A stretch of 64,000 nt of DNA from Mesorhizobium sp. (GTDB lineage: Bacteria > Pseudomonadota > Alphaproteobacteria > Rhizobiales > Rhizobiaceae). Under the pieces are notes generated by a model that ran no database searches, had not been told where the DNA came from, and saw only the letters and a list, made by a program, of their open reading frames with translations. Position 1 is the stretch's first letter; each line of letters opens with the position of its first letter. A program made the position numbers and the translations under genes. The DNA lies in the NCBI GenBank assembly GCA_051860465.1, contig JBHYDY010000008.1:35876-99875 (forward strand), read 5' to 3'. This document shows, piece after piece, positions 36,969 to 47,219 of the stretch.

Positions 36969-37229
36969 TCTGTCCCCACTGGTCGATCGTCTCTCCGGGA
37001 GGAACCCTAAGCAGACTTGCGCGGCTTCGCCAACGTTCCGTCCGCCGGAACACCTGTCCGCGCGTGGTTTTCGAGTGGAAAACCGCAGGATGATTTTCCG
37101 AAGCTTGCCGGGCGCGGGCAAGAGGGCCGGATGGAGAATCGACTGGGCCAAAGTGCCCCGGCGGGCTGGCATGGCGCCAAGGCCGATGTCGGTGGTAGCC
37201 TTCGACAAAACAGGGGAACGACACACATC

Positions 37230-38894
37230 ATGCCAAGGCTTGCCGATCTCATCGTCACCAATGCCCGCGTCCTGACAATGGACGAGGGCAACCCTCGCGC
37301 GGAAGCTCTGGTGGTGATGGACGGCGAGATCGCCTTCGTCGGCTCGGCCTCCGACGCGGCGGCATGGACGGGATCCGGCACCACCATGATCGATGCGAAG
37401 GGCGCCTCGGTGCTGCCCGGCTTCATCGAGAGCCACGTGCACCTGTTCATGGGGGCGGCCGAACTCGTCCACCTCCAGCTCTTCGGCGTGCACGGCTTCG
37501 ACGCGCTGTCCGAGAAGCTGAAGACCTATGCGGCGGCTCGCCCGGACGACAGGGTGCTGTTCGGCCAGGCCTGCGACTACACGATCCTCGACGGCCGGGC
37601 GCCGACCCGGCACGACATCGACCGCATCGTTGCCGACCGGCCGGTGGCGCTGGTGGCGCCCGATCACCACACGATGTGGGCGAACACGAAAGCGCTGGAG
37701 ATGGCCGGCCTGCTGCACGGCAAGGCCTGCAACCCCGGCAACGAGGTCGTCATGGGGCCGGACGGGCTGGCCACCGGCGAGTTGCGCGAATCCGAGGCGA
37801 TGACGCCGGTGGTCCACCTGGCCGGCGAAAGCCGGGTGCGGCTCGGCATCCAGACCGGCGGCGAACCCCTTCGCAAGCCGACGCCGCAGGAGTGGGAGGC
37901 CGACAAGGCGATCATGCGACGCGGCCTTGAATATGCCGCCAGCCACGGCATCACCTCATTCCAGAACATGGACGGCAACCTCTACCAGCTCGAGATCCTG
38001 GCGGAGATCGAGGCGGAAGGCGGCTTGCTCTGCCGCGGGCAGATTCCGTTCCACTTCAAGAAGCCGATGACGCTCGCTGACCTGGAAAAAGCCTCCCGGA
38101 TGGCGCAGGACTACGCGTCCGAATGGGTCTCGTCCGGCTTGGTCAAGGTGTTCATGGACGGCGTGCTCGATTCGGGGACCGCGTACATGATCGAGCCCTA
38201 TGGCGACATGCCGGGATGGCGCGGCGAGCCCTATTTCTCCGACGCGGAGTTCGCGGAACTCGCGACCGAGATCGACCGGCGTGGCCTGCAGATCGCCGTC
38301 CATGCCATCGGCGACGGGGCTGTGCGCACGGTGCTCGACGGCTATGAGGCGGCGGCAAACGCCAACGGAGCGCGCGACAGCCGCCACCGGATCGAGCACA
38401 TCGAAGTGACGACAGACGCCGACATCCCGCGCTTCGCGGACCTCGGCGTCATAGCCTCCATGCAGCCTCCGCATCCGCCCGGTTCCATGGGCCTGCCGCT
38501 CGAGCCCACCGTGTCGAAGATCGGGCGCGACCGCTGGCGCCTGTCCTATGCCTGGCGCACCATCAAGGAGACGGGCGCGCATGTCGTCTTCGCCTCCGAC
38601 TGGCCGGTATCGCCGATCGACCCGATCGCGGGCATCCAGGCCGCCATTGTGCGCAAGCGCTGGGCAGACGACCTGCCCGACCACGCCTTCAGCCTGCACG
38701 AGGCGATCGCCGGCTACACGGTGGAAGGCGCCTACGCCGAATTCATGGAGCATCGCAAGGGGCGGCTGAAGGCCGGCTACCTCGCTGATATCGTGGTGCT
38801 TTCCGGCGACGTCGAGGCCGTGGCGCCGGAAGCGCTGCATGAGATCCGCCCGGTCACCACCATCTGCGGCGGCCGTATCACGTATCAGGCCTGA
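37230..38894 (+). CDS. Metal-dependent amidohydrolase (amidohydrolase_3 type)
   Basis: MPRLADLIVTNARVLTMD...GFIESHVHLF (HxH), later HAIGDGA and HRIEHIE motifs. Confidence 0.8.
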   Translation: MPRLADLIVTNARVLTMDEGNPRAEALVVMDGEIAFVGSASDAAAWTGSGTTMIDAKGASVLPGFIESHVHLFMGAAELVHLQLFGVHGFDALSEKLKTYAAARPDDRVLFGQACDYTILDGRAPTRHDIDRIVADRPVALVAPDHHTMWANTKALEMAGLLHGKACNPGNEVVMGPDGLATGELRESEAMTPVVHLAGESRVRLGIQTGGEPLRKPTPQEWEADKAIMRRGLEYAASHGITSFQNMDGNLYQLEILAEIEAEGGLLCRGQIPFHFKKPMTLADLEKASRMAQDYASEWVSSGLVKVFMDGVLDSGTAYMIEPYGDMPGWRGEPYFSDAEFAELATEIDRRGLQIAVHAIGDGAVRTVLDGYEAAANANGARDSRHRIEHIEVTTDADIPRFADLGVIASMQPPHPPGSMGLPLEPTVSKIGRDRWRLSYAWRTIKETGAHVVFASDWPVSPIDPIAGIQAAIVRKRWADDLPDHAFSLHEAIAGYTVEGAYAEFMEHRKGRLKAGYLADIVVLSGDVEAVAPEALHEIRPVTTICGGRITYQA

Positions 38895-39038
38895 AGATGG
38901 CATGGTCGTTGCGTCGCGACGTCGGCCGCCAGCTCCAAAGGCTTGGTTGCCAAGCGCGATGCCATGTGGTGACATTGGTCTCAAGAACAACCATCCGCCG
39001 GACAACGGCGGAGGACGGCTTCACAAGAGGGGTGCATT

Positions 39039-40133
39039 TTGCCGGACACACCGGATCAGATCGCCATTGACGTCAGGCATGTGACGAAGGTCTTCGGCTT
39101 CGGCCCCGACAAGGTCTACGCCCTCAAGGACGTTTCCGTCGCCATACGGGAAAACGAGTTCTTCACGCTTCTGGGGCCGTCCGGATGCGGCAAGACGACC
39201 CTGCTCAGGCTGATCGCCGGTTTCGATTTCCCGACCGAAGGCGAAATCCTGCTGCACGGTCAGGACATCGCCCCGCTGCCGCCCTACAAGCGGCCGGTCA
39301 ACACCGTGTTCCAGAGCTACGCGCTGTTCCCGCACCTGACGGTCGCGCAAAACATCGCGTTCGGCCTCGAAATGCTCGGCCGTCCGAAGGCCGAGATCGA
39401 TGCGCGCGTGACCCAGATGCTCAAGCTCGTGCGCATGGAGGAGTTGCGAAACCGGTCGACCGCGCAGATCTCGGGCGGCCAGCAACAGCGCGTCGCGCTG
39501 GCGCGCGCCCTGGCGCCGCAGCCCAAGGTGCTGCTCCTCGACGAGCCGCTCTCGGCGCTGGACTTCAAGCTGCGCAAGGAGATGCAGATCGAGCTGAAGC
39601 GCCTGCAGCTGGAGACCGGCATCACCTTCATCTTCGTGACCCATGACCAGGAAGAAGCGCTGACCATGTCGGACCGCATCGCGGTCATGTCGGCGGGCAA
39701 CATCCTTCAGGTCGGCTCGCCGAAGGACATCTACGATCGGCCGGCTGTGCGCTTCGTGGCCGACTTCATCGGCGAAACCAATTTCCTCGAGGCAGCCGTG
39801 GAATCGTCGACCCCCGACCGGGCCGCCGTCCGGCTCGCGTCCGGCGCCGTCATCGACGCCTCGGTTCCGGAGGGCTTCTCCCCGTCCGGGACGGTGACGG
39901 TGGTGATCAGACCAGAGCATGCGCGGCTGGCCGAAGCAGGCGGCGAGCTTTCAGGCACACTGGCGAACATCGTCTATTTCGGCACCGACACGCATTTTCA
40001 CGTCGATCTCGACGGCGGCGGCACCTTCATCGTGCGCCAGCAGAACACGCGAGACGACAGCCGGCGCGCGCAAGAGGGCGACAAGGTGTCGATCGTGGTC
40101 GGCACCGGCGCGGCCCAGGTTCTGAGGGACTGA
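39039..40133 (+). CDS. potA: Spermidine/putrescine ABC transporter ATPase
   Basis: [35 protein letters not shown] and a C-terminal TOBE-like region. TTG start. Confidence 0.88.
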   Translation: MPDTPDQIAIDVRHVTKVFGFGPDKVYALKDVSVAIRENEFFTLLGPSGCGKTTLLRLIAGFDFPTEGEILLHGQDIAPLPPYKRPVNTVFQSYALFPHLTVAQNIAFGLEMLGRPKAEIDARVTQMLKLVRMEELRNRSTAQISGGQQQRVALARALAPQPKVLLLDEPLSALDFKLRKEMQIELKRLQLETGITFIFVTHDQEEALTMSDRIAVMSAGNILQVGSPKDIYDRPAVRFVADFIGETNFLEAAVESSTPDRAAVRLASGAVIDASVPEGFSPSGTVTVVIRPEHARLAEAGGELSGTLANIVYFGTDTHFHVDLDGGGTFIVRQQNTRDDSRRAQEGDKVSIVVGTGAAQVLRD

Positions 40134-40137
40134 CGGC

Positions 40138-41058
40138 ATGGCGAGCGCCGCAGAAACCGCCCGCAAGGCCGAACGCGACGACATCCGCAAACGCTGGCTT
40201 CTTTCCGCTCCCGCGCTCCTGATCATCTTCTTCGCCGCCGCCGGACCGCTCGGGATCGTGATCGTCTACTCGTTCCTGGAGCCCGGCCCCTACGGCGACG
40301 TGCGCTGGAGCTTTTCGACCGACGCCTGGGTCAGCGTGGTCCTGCAACGCGACATCTTCGACGAGACGCTGTCCATCGCCGACGCGCACGTCGCGATCTT
40401 CTGGCGATCGGTGACGCTGTCGCTGGCCACCACCGTGTTCGCCTTCATCTTCGGCTTTCCGACGGCCTATTTCATCGCCACGCGCCCGGAGCGCACGCGC
40501 GCGCTGTGGCTTTTCCTGATCACGATCCCGTTCTGGACCAACCTCCTGATCCGCACTTTCGCCATCCAGGAGGTGATCCGCAACGAGGGCCTGTTCAACA
40601 TTGTCCTCCTGAAGCTCGGGCTGATATCAACGCCGATCCAGATCATCTACACCGACACCGCGATCATGATCGGCATGATCTACGTGTACCTGCCGCTGAT
40701 GGTGCTGCCGCTCTACGCCTCGATGGAAAAGCTCGACTTCCGGCTGGTCGAAGCCGGCTACGATCTCTACGCGACGCGGTTCCAGGTGCTGCGGCGCATC
40801 ATCCTGCCGATGGTGAAGCCCGGCATCGTCGCCGGCTCGATCCTGGTGTTCATTCCCTCGCTCGGCGCCTATGTGACGCCGCGCATCCTGGGTGGCGGTC
40901 GCAACCTGATGCTGGGCAACCTCATCGAGCTGCAGTTCGGCCAGGGACGGAACTGGCCGCTCGGCGCCTCGCTCTCGATCACCCTCCTGATCATCGTGCT
41001 GGCCGCGCTCCTCATCTACATCCGCTATGCCGGCACCGGGGCGCGCAATCATGGCTAG
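40138..41058 (+). CDS. potB: Spermidine/putrescine ABC permease
   Basis: Six-TM binding-protein-dependent permease with EAGYDLYATRFQVLRRIILP (EAA loop). Confidence 0.85.
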   Translation: MASAAETARKAERDDIRKRWLLSAPALLIIFFAAAGPLGIVIVYSFLEPGPYGDVRWSFSTDAWVSVVLQRDIFDETLSIADAHVAIFWRSVTLSLATTVFAFIFGFPTAYFIATRPERTRALWLFLITIPFWTNLLIRTFAIQEVIRNEGLFNIVLLKLGLISTPIQIIYTDTAIMIGMIYVYLPLMVLPLYASMEKLDFRLVEAGYDLYATRFQVLRRIILPMVKPGIVAGSILVFIPSLGAYVTPRILGGGRNLMLGNLIELQFGQGRNWPLGASLSITLLIIVLAALLIYIRYAGTGARNHG

Positions 41059-41851
41059 CCGGTTCGACATCCGCCGCCAGACCGGCTTTCCCACGGTCGC
41101 GCTGTTCTGCTTCTTCCTGCTCTACCTTCCCCTGTCGGTCGTCGTGATCTTCGCCTTCAATTCCGGCACGTCGATCGCGGTGTGGGAAGGGTTTTCCTTC
41201 CGCTGGTTCGTGCAGGCGTGGAGCAACCAGCAGGTGGTCGACGCCTCGATCCGCTCCGTGCAGATCGCCAGCGTGGCGGCGGTCATCGCGACGGTGGCGG
41301 CCACGATGGCGGCGCTCGCCACGACCCGGACGCGGCGCTATCGGGGCCTGACCTTCAAATATGCCTTCATCAACCAGCCGCTGATGGTGCCGGAGATCGT
41401 GACCGCGGTGGCGCTGCTGATCTTCTTCTCGCGCATCAAGATCGCAACCGGCTATTCGGGCCTCGGCTACCTGATGATCGCCCATGCAGCCTTCTGCATT
41501 CCCTTCGCCTACCTGCCGATCCGGGCGCGGCTCGAAAGCATGGACACCTCGCTGGAGACCGCGGCGGCGGACCTCTACGCCACGCCCTGGCAGGCCTTCA
41601 GGCGCGTGACCCTGCCCCTCCTCTGGCCCGGCATCATCGCCGGCCTGATGCTGGCCTTCGTGATCTCGCTCGACGACGTCGTGATCACGGAGTTCGTCAA
41701 GTCGGCCGGTCAGGATACACTGCCCACCTACATGCTCGGGCAACTGCGTCGCGTCGTGACGCCCGAGATCAATGCGATATCGACCGCCTTCCTCGGAATT
41801 TCGGTCGCTATCGTCACCGTATTCTTCCTGATCAGCAGGAAGAAGACCTGA
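41051..41851 (+). CDS. potC: Spermidine/putrescine ABC permease
   Basis: EAA-loop segment TAAADLYATPWQAFRRVTLPL. The start overlaps the potB end. Confidence 0.85.
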   Translation: MASRFDIRRQTGFPTVALFCFFLLYLPLSVVVIFAFNSGTSIAVWEGFSFRWFVQAWSNQQVVDASIRSVQIASVAAVIATVAATMAALATTRTRRYRGLTFKYAFINQPLMVPEIVTAVALLIFFSRIKIATGYSGLGYLMIAHAAFCIPFAYLPIRARLESMDTSLETAAADLYATPWQAFRRVTLPLLWPGIIAGLMLAFVISLDDVVITEFVKSAGQDTLPTYMLGQLRRVVTPEINAISTAFLGISVAIVTVFFLISRKKT

Positions 41852-41889
41852 GCTACGATACAACGACGCCAATGAATGGGAGAACGACG

Positions 41890-42924
41890 ATGCACTGGAA
41901 ACTGACCGCGACCGCCGCGGGCCTCGCGATGCTTGCCTCTTCCGGGCTCGCGAATGCTGCCGGCGAACTCAACATCTACAACTGGGGCAACTACACCAAT
42001 CCCGAGCTGATCAAGAAGTTCGAGCAGGCGTTCGACGTCAAGGTGACGCTCACCGACTATGATTCCAACGACACCGCGCTGGCCAAGGTGCGCCAGGGCG
42101 GCCACGGCTTCGACATCGTGGTGCCGTCGGCGAGCGTCATTCCGATCTGGATCCGGGAAGACCTGCTGCTGGAGACCAATCCGAACGAGATGGAGAACTT
42201 CAAGCACGTCGCCGAGCGCTGGAAGGACGTGCCGTTCGATCCCGGCCGCAAATACACCGTGCCGTGGCAGTGGGGCACCGTCGGCCTGTCGGTCAACACC
42301 GCCGACTACAAGGGCGACATCAACACCTCCGCCATCTTCCTCGATCCGCCGGCCGAGCTGGTCGGCAAGATCAACGTCATTCCCGAGATGGCGGACGTGA
42401 TGCACCTCGCCATCACCTACATGGGCGGCGAGCCCTGCACGGCCGACCGGACGATCCTCAAGCAGGTGCGCGACAAGCTGCTGGAAGCCAAGCCGAAGTG
42501 GATTTCGATGAACTACGGCAACATCGAAGCCATGACCAAGCGCGACTTCCTGGCGACGGTGAACTGGAACGGCGCCTCGCTGCGCATGCGCGAGCAGGAC
42601 CCGAACATCAAGTACGGCTATCCCAAGGAAGGCTATCCGATCTGGATGGACAACGTGGCGGTGCTCAAGGACGCCAGGAACGTCGAGAACGCCAAGCTGT
42701 TCATGAACTTCATCATGGACCCGGAGAACGCGGCGATGATCTCGGACTTCGCGAAATACGCCAACGGCATCGACGGGTCGGAAGCGTTCATGCCGGCCAG
42801 CATGAGCGATGCGCCCGAGATCGTCGTTCCGGAGGAGTTTCAGGCAGCCGGCACCTTTGCCCTGACCTGCCCGGAAGAAGCGCGTAACCTCTATACCGCC
42901 ATCTGGACCGAGCTGCAGAAATAG
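41890..42924 (+). CDS. potD: Spermidine/putrescine-type periplasmic binding protein
   Basis: Signal peptide MHWKLTATAAGLAMLASSGLANA, then ELNIYNWGNYTNPELIKKFE, typical of the PotD/PotF family. GGGAGA lies 6 nt upstream (an alternative ATG is at 41872). Confidence 0.85.
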   Translation: MHWKLTATAAGLAMLASSGLANAAGELNIYNWGNYTNPELIKKFEQAFDVKVTLTDYDSNDTALAKVRQGGHGFDIVVPSASVIPIWIREDLLLETNPNEMENFKHVAERWKDVPFDPGRKYTVPWQWGTVGLSVNTADYKGDINTSAIFLDPPAELVGKINVIPEMADVMHLAITYMGGEPCTADRTILKQVRDKLLEAKPKWISMNYGNIEAMTKRDFLATVNWNGASLRMREQDPNIKYGYPKEGYPIWMDNVAVLKDARNVENAKLFMNFIMDPENAAMISDFAKYANGIDGSEAFMPASMSDAPEIVVPEEFQAAGTFALTCPEEARNLYTAIWTELQK

Positions 42925-42950
42925 CCCGATCTCCCGTCTCGATCACGCGA

Positions 42951-42977
42951 CCCCGGCGCCCCGCGCCGGGGTTTTTT
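42951..42977 (+). terminator. Rho-independent terminator after potD
   Basis: ccccggcgc-ccc-gcgccgggg followed by tttttt. Confidence 0.8.
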
Positions 42978-43137
42978 CGTGTAAAACCATTGGATTTCCA
43001 CCAATGTAAGGGTTCGTTCATAATTGATTAAGTTTCGCGAAACTTTTCTCACGGATGCTGTCCCCGGTTCGGCGATTCGGAGCTGGGGCAAAGGGTGTCC
43101 CGACCGGGATCGCCGTCAGGCGCCAAGGGGGTGGAAC

Positions 43138-43719
43138 ATGAGATTTCTTGCTGCAACGGCCATGTCGGCCGTTATCTGGGCGGGTGCATTCAGCGGCCAG
43201 GCCTTCGCTCAGGAGCACGTCGGTCCGGTCACCGACTACGTCAAGGCCAACATCGAGTCCTGGCTCTCCGATCCCGTGGTGATCGGCGCCATCAACGAGC
43301 AGAACGCCGCCCATGCCGGGCTGACCCAGGCCGACATCGACGCACTCGACAAGCAGTGGCGCGCGGAAGTCGATGCGGGATCAAAGCCGCTCATCGACAA
43401 AGTTCTGGGCACCGCGCTGTCGAAGTTCCTCGCCGCCAAGCAGGCGGAAGCGGGCGGCATGATCACCGAAGCCTTCGTGATGGACAACAAGGGCCTCAAC
43501 GTCGGCCAGAGCGAGATTACCTCGGACTACTGGCAGGGCGACGAGGCCAAGTGGCAGAAGACCTACCCGGTCGGTGCGGGAGCCATCTTCATCGACGAGG
43601 TCGAAAAGGATGAATCCACGCAGCGGCTGCAGTCGCAGGTCAGCATCGCCATCAGCGATCCGGCCACCGGCCAGGCCATCGGCGCCATCACGCTCGGAAT
43701 CGACGTCGAAGGCCTCTGA
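43138..43719 (+). CDS. Periplasmic protein, possible PDC/Cache-like sensor module
   Basis: Signal peptide MRFLAATAMSAVIWAGAFSGQAFA; about 170-aa mature domain. It lies immediately upstream of the chemoreceptor. The family call is tentative. Confidence 0.55.
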   Translation: MRFLAATAMSAVIWAGAFSGQAFAQEHVGPVTDYVKANIESWLSDPVVIGAINEQNAAHAGLTQADIDALDKQWRAEVDAGSKPLIDKVLGTALSKFLAAKQAEAGGMITEAFVMDNKGLNVGQSEITSDYWQGDEAKWQKTYPVGAGAIFIDEVEKDESTQRLQSQVSIAISDPATGQAIGAITLGIDVEGL

Positions 43720-43773
43720 GGCCCTTCACGAGGCGCGTTGTATCGAGCGGGGAGTACGGGGGTGGTGTCTGGC

Positions 43774-45699
43774 ATGTTCGGCAAACGATCAATCACGTTC
43801 AAGCTTGTGCTGGCCGCGCTCGGCGTCAGTCTTGCGGGTCTCGGTGCCTCCGTGGCCCTCATCGACCGGACGGCGAAGAGCAGCCTCCATGATCTCGCCA
43901 CCGATGCCTGGGTCATCCAGACCGGCCAGATCGCCACGGCGGCGGCTGGCGGCATCCGCTGGAAGAAGCCCGAGGTGGTCGCGGATGCCTGGGCGGCGTA
44001 CCAGACCAACGAGGACCGCATTCTTTCGCGCGCCATCGCCTTCGATCCGACTGGAAACGTCATCGCCGAGTTCGCCGCGCCCGGAGTTTCGGCCGCGGCG
44101 ATCGACACCTCGCTGCGGCGTCTGCTCGCCGCGCCGGGCGATGGCACGGCGGTCGAGGCGATCGACGGCAACGTGCTGATGGTGGCCCCATCCGGGACGA
44201 GTGCCGAGGGCAAGCCTCTCGGCTACGTCGCGTTGGCCTGGAACACCGGTCCGGTCGAAGCCGCGCGTTCCTCGCTCCGTATCGGGGCTTCGGGCGTCCA
44301 GGCGGTCTCGGCGCTGCTTCTCCTGGCGCTGCTGTTCCTCAGCATACGCTACGTGGTCGGCCGACCGCTCGGCGCGATCACCCAGCGCATCGAGAAGCTT
44401 TCCAACGGCGATCTCGAGTCGACCGTTCCAAACCTCGACCGCTCGGACGAGGTCGGCGTCATTGCCCGCTCTCTGGAAGGTTTCCGCAAGGCCTCGCTCG
44501 ACAAGCTCGAAGCCGATCGGGAACTCGACGCGCAGCGTCGCCAGATGGAGGAGCAACGCGACGAGAACGACGCCTCCCGCAGTTCGGCCGCCAAGCTTCA
44601 GGCGGCCGTCGTCAAGCTCATCGGCGCGGCGCTCGCACGTCTGGCCGATGGCGACCTGACGACGCGGCTCAAGGTCGACTTCCCGCCCGAGTACCGCAAG
44701 ATCAAGGACGATTTCAACACGGCCATGGATCGGCTGCAGGATGCCATGCAGCAGATCGTCGCCACAGGGCGCCAGCTTGAGCATGGCACCGACGAGATCC
44801 GCCGCGCGGCCGACGAACTCGCCCGTCGCAGCGAACAGCAGGCCGCAACCATCGAGGAGACGGTCGCCGCGGTCGGGGAAATCACTCGCTCGGTCTCCGC
44901 AACGGCCACCGGCGCGGGACAGGCCCGTGCGGCGGTTGTCGACATGACGACCGACACCGGCCACAGCGACAAGGTGGTGGGCGCCGCCATCTCGGCGATG
45001 GGCGGCATCGAGAAATCCTCCGAGGAGATTTCCAAGATCATCGGCGTCATCGACGAGATCGCGTTCCAGACCAACCTGCTGGCGCTCAATGCTGGCGTCG
45101 AGGCCGCGCGCGCCGGCGAAGCCGGCCGCGGCTTTGCCGTCGTGGCGCAGGAAGTGCGGGGACTGGCGCAGCGTTCGGCCGACGCCGCGCGCGAGATCAA
45201 GCAGCTCATCCAGACCTCCGCCGGGCAGGTGAAGACCGGCGCCAAGCTGGTCGGCGAGACCGGCGACGTCATCGGGCGAATCGCCGCGCGGGTCGAAAGC
45301 ATCAATTCCATCGTCACCGAGATCGCCCGGAGTGCCGAGGAACAGGCCGCGACCCTTCGCGGCATCAACTCGGCCATGAACGGCATCGACACCGCCACGC
45401 AGCAAGGCGCGGCGATGGCGCAGCAGTTCACCGCCACGAGCCGCGGCCTCGCCCGGGATGGCGAGGAGTTGAACCGGCTGATGGCGCATTTCCGCGGCGC
45501 GGAGAGCCATTCGAACGAACGACCCTCAGCGGCTCGCGCCGAACCTGCCCGTCAGGCGCCCGCTCTGGCGCCGGTCGCTTCGAACCGTCGACCAGAGCCC
45601 GCGAACACCTGGCGCGAACCGATGCGCGCCCGCGCCGCGACCCATGGCGCCAATGCGCTCGACATCGAGGCCGAGGCAGACGGCTGGGAAGAGTTCTGA
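43774..45699 (+). CDS. Methyl-accepting chemotaxis protein
   Basis: TM - periplasmic region - TM - HAMP, then the highly conserved [42 protein letters not shown]. Start is 43774 or 43738. Confidence 0.92.
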   Translation: MFGKRSITFKLVLAALGVSLAGLGASVALIDRTAKSSLHDLATDAWVIQTGQIATAAAGGIRWKKPEVVADAWAAYQTNEDRILSRAIAFDPTGNVIAEFAAPGVSAAAIDTSLRRLLAAPGDGTAVEAIDGNVLMVAPSGTSAEGKPLGYVALAWNTGPVEAARSSLRIGASGVQAVSALLLLALLFLSIRYVVGRPLGAITQRIEKLSNGDLESTVPNLDRSDEVGVIARSLEGFRKASLDKLEADRELDAQRRQMEEQRDENDASRSSAAKLQAAVVKLIGAALARLADGDLTTRLKVDFPPEYRKIKDDFNTAMDRLQDAMQQIVATGRQLEHGTDEIRRAADELARRSEQQAATIEETVAAVGEITRSVSATATGAGQARAAVVDMTTDTGHSDKVVGAAISAMGGIEKSSEEISKIIGVIDEIAFQTNLLALNAGVEAARAGEAGRGFAVVAQEVRGLAQRSADAAREIKQLIQTSAGQVKTGAKLVGETGDVIGRIAARVESINSIVTEIARSAEEQAATLRGINSAMNGIDTATQQGAAMAQQFTATSRGLARDGEELNRLMAHFRGAESHSNERPSAARAEPARQAPALAPVASNRRPEPANTWREPMRARAATHGANALDIEAEADGWEEF

Positions 45700-45720
45700 G
45701 TCGTCCCCGGCAATTGCCGG

Positions 45721-46182
45721 TCAGAAGCCCCCGGCCGCCGCCTCGACGATCTCTTCGAGCAGCGCGTTGACCTCGTCGCGGCCCGGTCCCGAAGGCAGGC
45801 GCCGGAATCCCAGGACCACCTTGCCCGGCTCCTCTTCGGCTTCGTAGGCAAACAGGACATAGGGGCAGTAGGCGATATTGCCGATGTCGGCCTCCATGGT
45901 CCTGCGCGACACGACCGCCGAACAGAACTGCAGGAACTCCGCCTCACGGTAGAGCGGTCCGGCCGCGCCGACGTCTCCCGCCGTCCGTTTCAGCATCTCG
46001 CCGATACGGCCGTGATAGTCGATCACGTAGCCCCGGTTGACCACGGCGTCCTCGAGATCGGCGATCACTTCTGCGAAGGGCGCCGCCGTTTCCGCCGTGG
46101 TGACGGGCTCCTCCGCCATCACTGGGCTGGGCAGGCTGAGTGTGGCGGCCAGAACCGCCGACAGTGCGAATGCGCGCATCAT
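45721..46182 (-). CDS. DUF302-family periplasmic protein
   Basis: Signal peptide MMRAFALSAVLAATLSLPSPVMA. FCSAVVSRRTMEADIGNIAYCPYVLFAY resembles the DUF302 core. Confidence 0.6.
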   Translation of the reverse strand: MMRAFALSAVLAATLSLPSPVMAEEPVTTAETAAPFAEVIADLEDAVVNRGYVIDYHGRIGEMLKRTAGDVGAAGPLYREAEFLQFCSAVVSRRTMEADIGNIAYCPYVLFAYEAEEEPGKVVLGFRRLPSGPGRDEVNALLEEIVEAAAGGF

Positions 46183-46232
46183 TTCCTCCCTTGGGGACCA
46201 ACGCCCCTCGACAACGGTACCCCAATCCTCCT

Positions 46233-46262
46233 AAACATGCAAAAAATAGTATGTTTGAATGG
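46233..46262 (+). promoter_or_regulatory. AT-rich inverted repeat with TTTGAATG half-site upstream of the soxH-like gene
   Basis: aaacat-N12-atgttt followed by gaatg. It shares TTTGAATG with the soxS-soxV palindrome. Confidence 0.3.
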
Positions 46263-46271
46263 GAGGACGAC

Positions 46272-47219
46272 ATGACTTCAAGGCGCCTATCCACGCCCGG
46301 TCTCGACCGGCGGCGTTTTCTCGCGGCCACCGGCTCGACGACGGTTCTGGCGCTCTCGGGCGGCCTGCTGTCGACGCGCGTGGCACGGGCGCGGACCCTT
46401 TCGACCGGCGCGGCCGAAATCACGGTCGTCAGCGACGGCCACCTCGTGCTGCCGATGGGCTTTGCGTTTCCCGCCGTCGCCAAGGAGGAACTGGAGAAGC
46501 TGCTGGCAGACAACGGAATGTCACAGGACGCGCTCCTGCCGGACTGCAACGTGACGCTGGCGCGCATCGGCGACCGGCTGGTCATGTTCGACGTCGGGGC
46601 CGGCGCCAACTTCATGCCCAGCGCCGGCAAGCTCGCCGATGGTCTTGCGGCGGCGGGCATCGACCCGTCTGACGTGACGGACGTGATCTTCACGCATGCG
46701 CATCCAGATCATCTCTGGGGCCTGATCGACGACTTCGACGAACTGGTGTTTCCCAACGCGTCGTACCGCATCGGCGGGGCGGAGTGGGATTTCTGGTCGG
46801 CGCCGGATGCGATCTCCAGGGTTCCGGAGGATCGCCAGACCTTCGTGATCGGCGCCCAGAACCGGTTCGCCGCCATCGAGGACAGGGTCACCTTCATCGA
46901 AGGCGGACAGGAGGTCGTGCCGGGGGTCGAGGCGGTCGCGACGCCCGGCCACACGCCCGGGCACCTCTCCTTCATGGTGCAGGGCAACGAGCCGGTGCTG
47001 ATCGTCGGCGATGCGATCACCAATTCGGTGATCTCGTTTGCGCGACCAGACTGGCCGTCGGGCAGCGACCAGGACGCCGCGCTCGGCGCACAGACGCGGC
47101 TCACGCTGCTCGATCGACTGGCCACGGACAAGGCGCGCGCGATCGGCTTCCACTTTCCCCATCCCGGCGCGGGGCTGGTGGAGCGGAAGGACGGCGGGTA
47201 TCGCTACGTGCCGGTCTGA
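46272..47219 (+). CDS. Periplasmic MBL-fold metallohydrolase (SoxH-like)
   Basis: Tat signal SRRLSTPGLDRRRFLAATG, HAHPDH zinc motif, GGAGG 6 nt upstream. Adjacent to the sox genes, as in the Paracoccus-type locus. Confidence 0.75.
   Translation: MTSRRLSTPGLDRRRFLAATGSTTVLALSGGLLSTRVARARTLSTGAAEITVVSDGHLVLPMGFAFPAVAKEELEKLLADNGMSQDALLPDCNVTLARIGDRLVMFDVGAGANFMPSAGKLADGLAAAGIDPSDVTDVIFTHAHPDHLWGLIDDFDELVFPNASYRIGGAEWDFWSAPDAISRVPEDRQTFVIGAQNRFAAIEDRVTFIEGGQEVVPGVEAVATPGHTPGHLSFMVQGNEPVLIVGDAITNSVISFARPDWPSGSDQDAALGAQTRLTLLDRLATDKARAIGFHFPHPGAGLVERKDGGYRYVPV

Noticed and set aside
45707-45720. 14-bp perfect palindrome ccggcaattgccgg between the convergent chemoreceptor and DUF302 genes, as a terminator
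   Set aside because: The stem is short and there is no adjacent T-tract on either strand. It is possibly a weak bidirectional hairpin, but the support is insufficient to annotate it.
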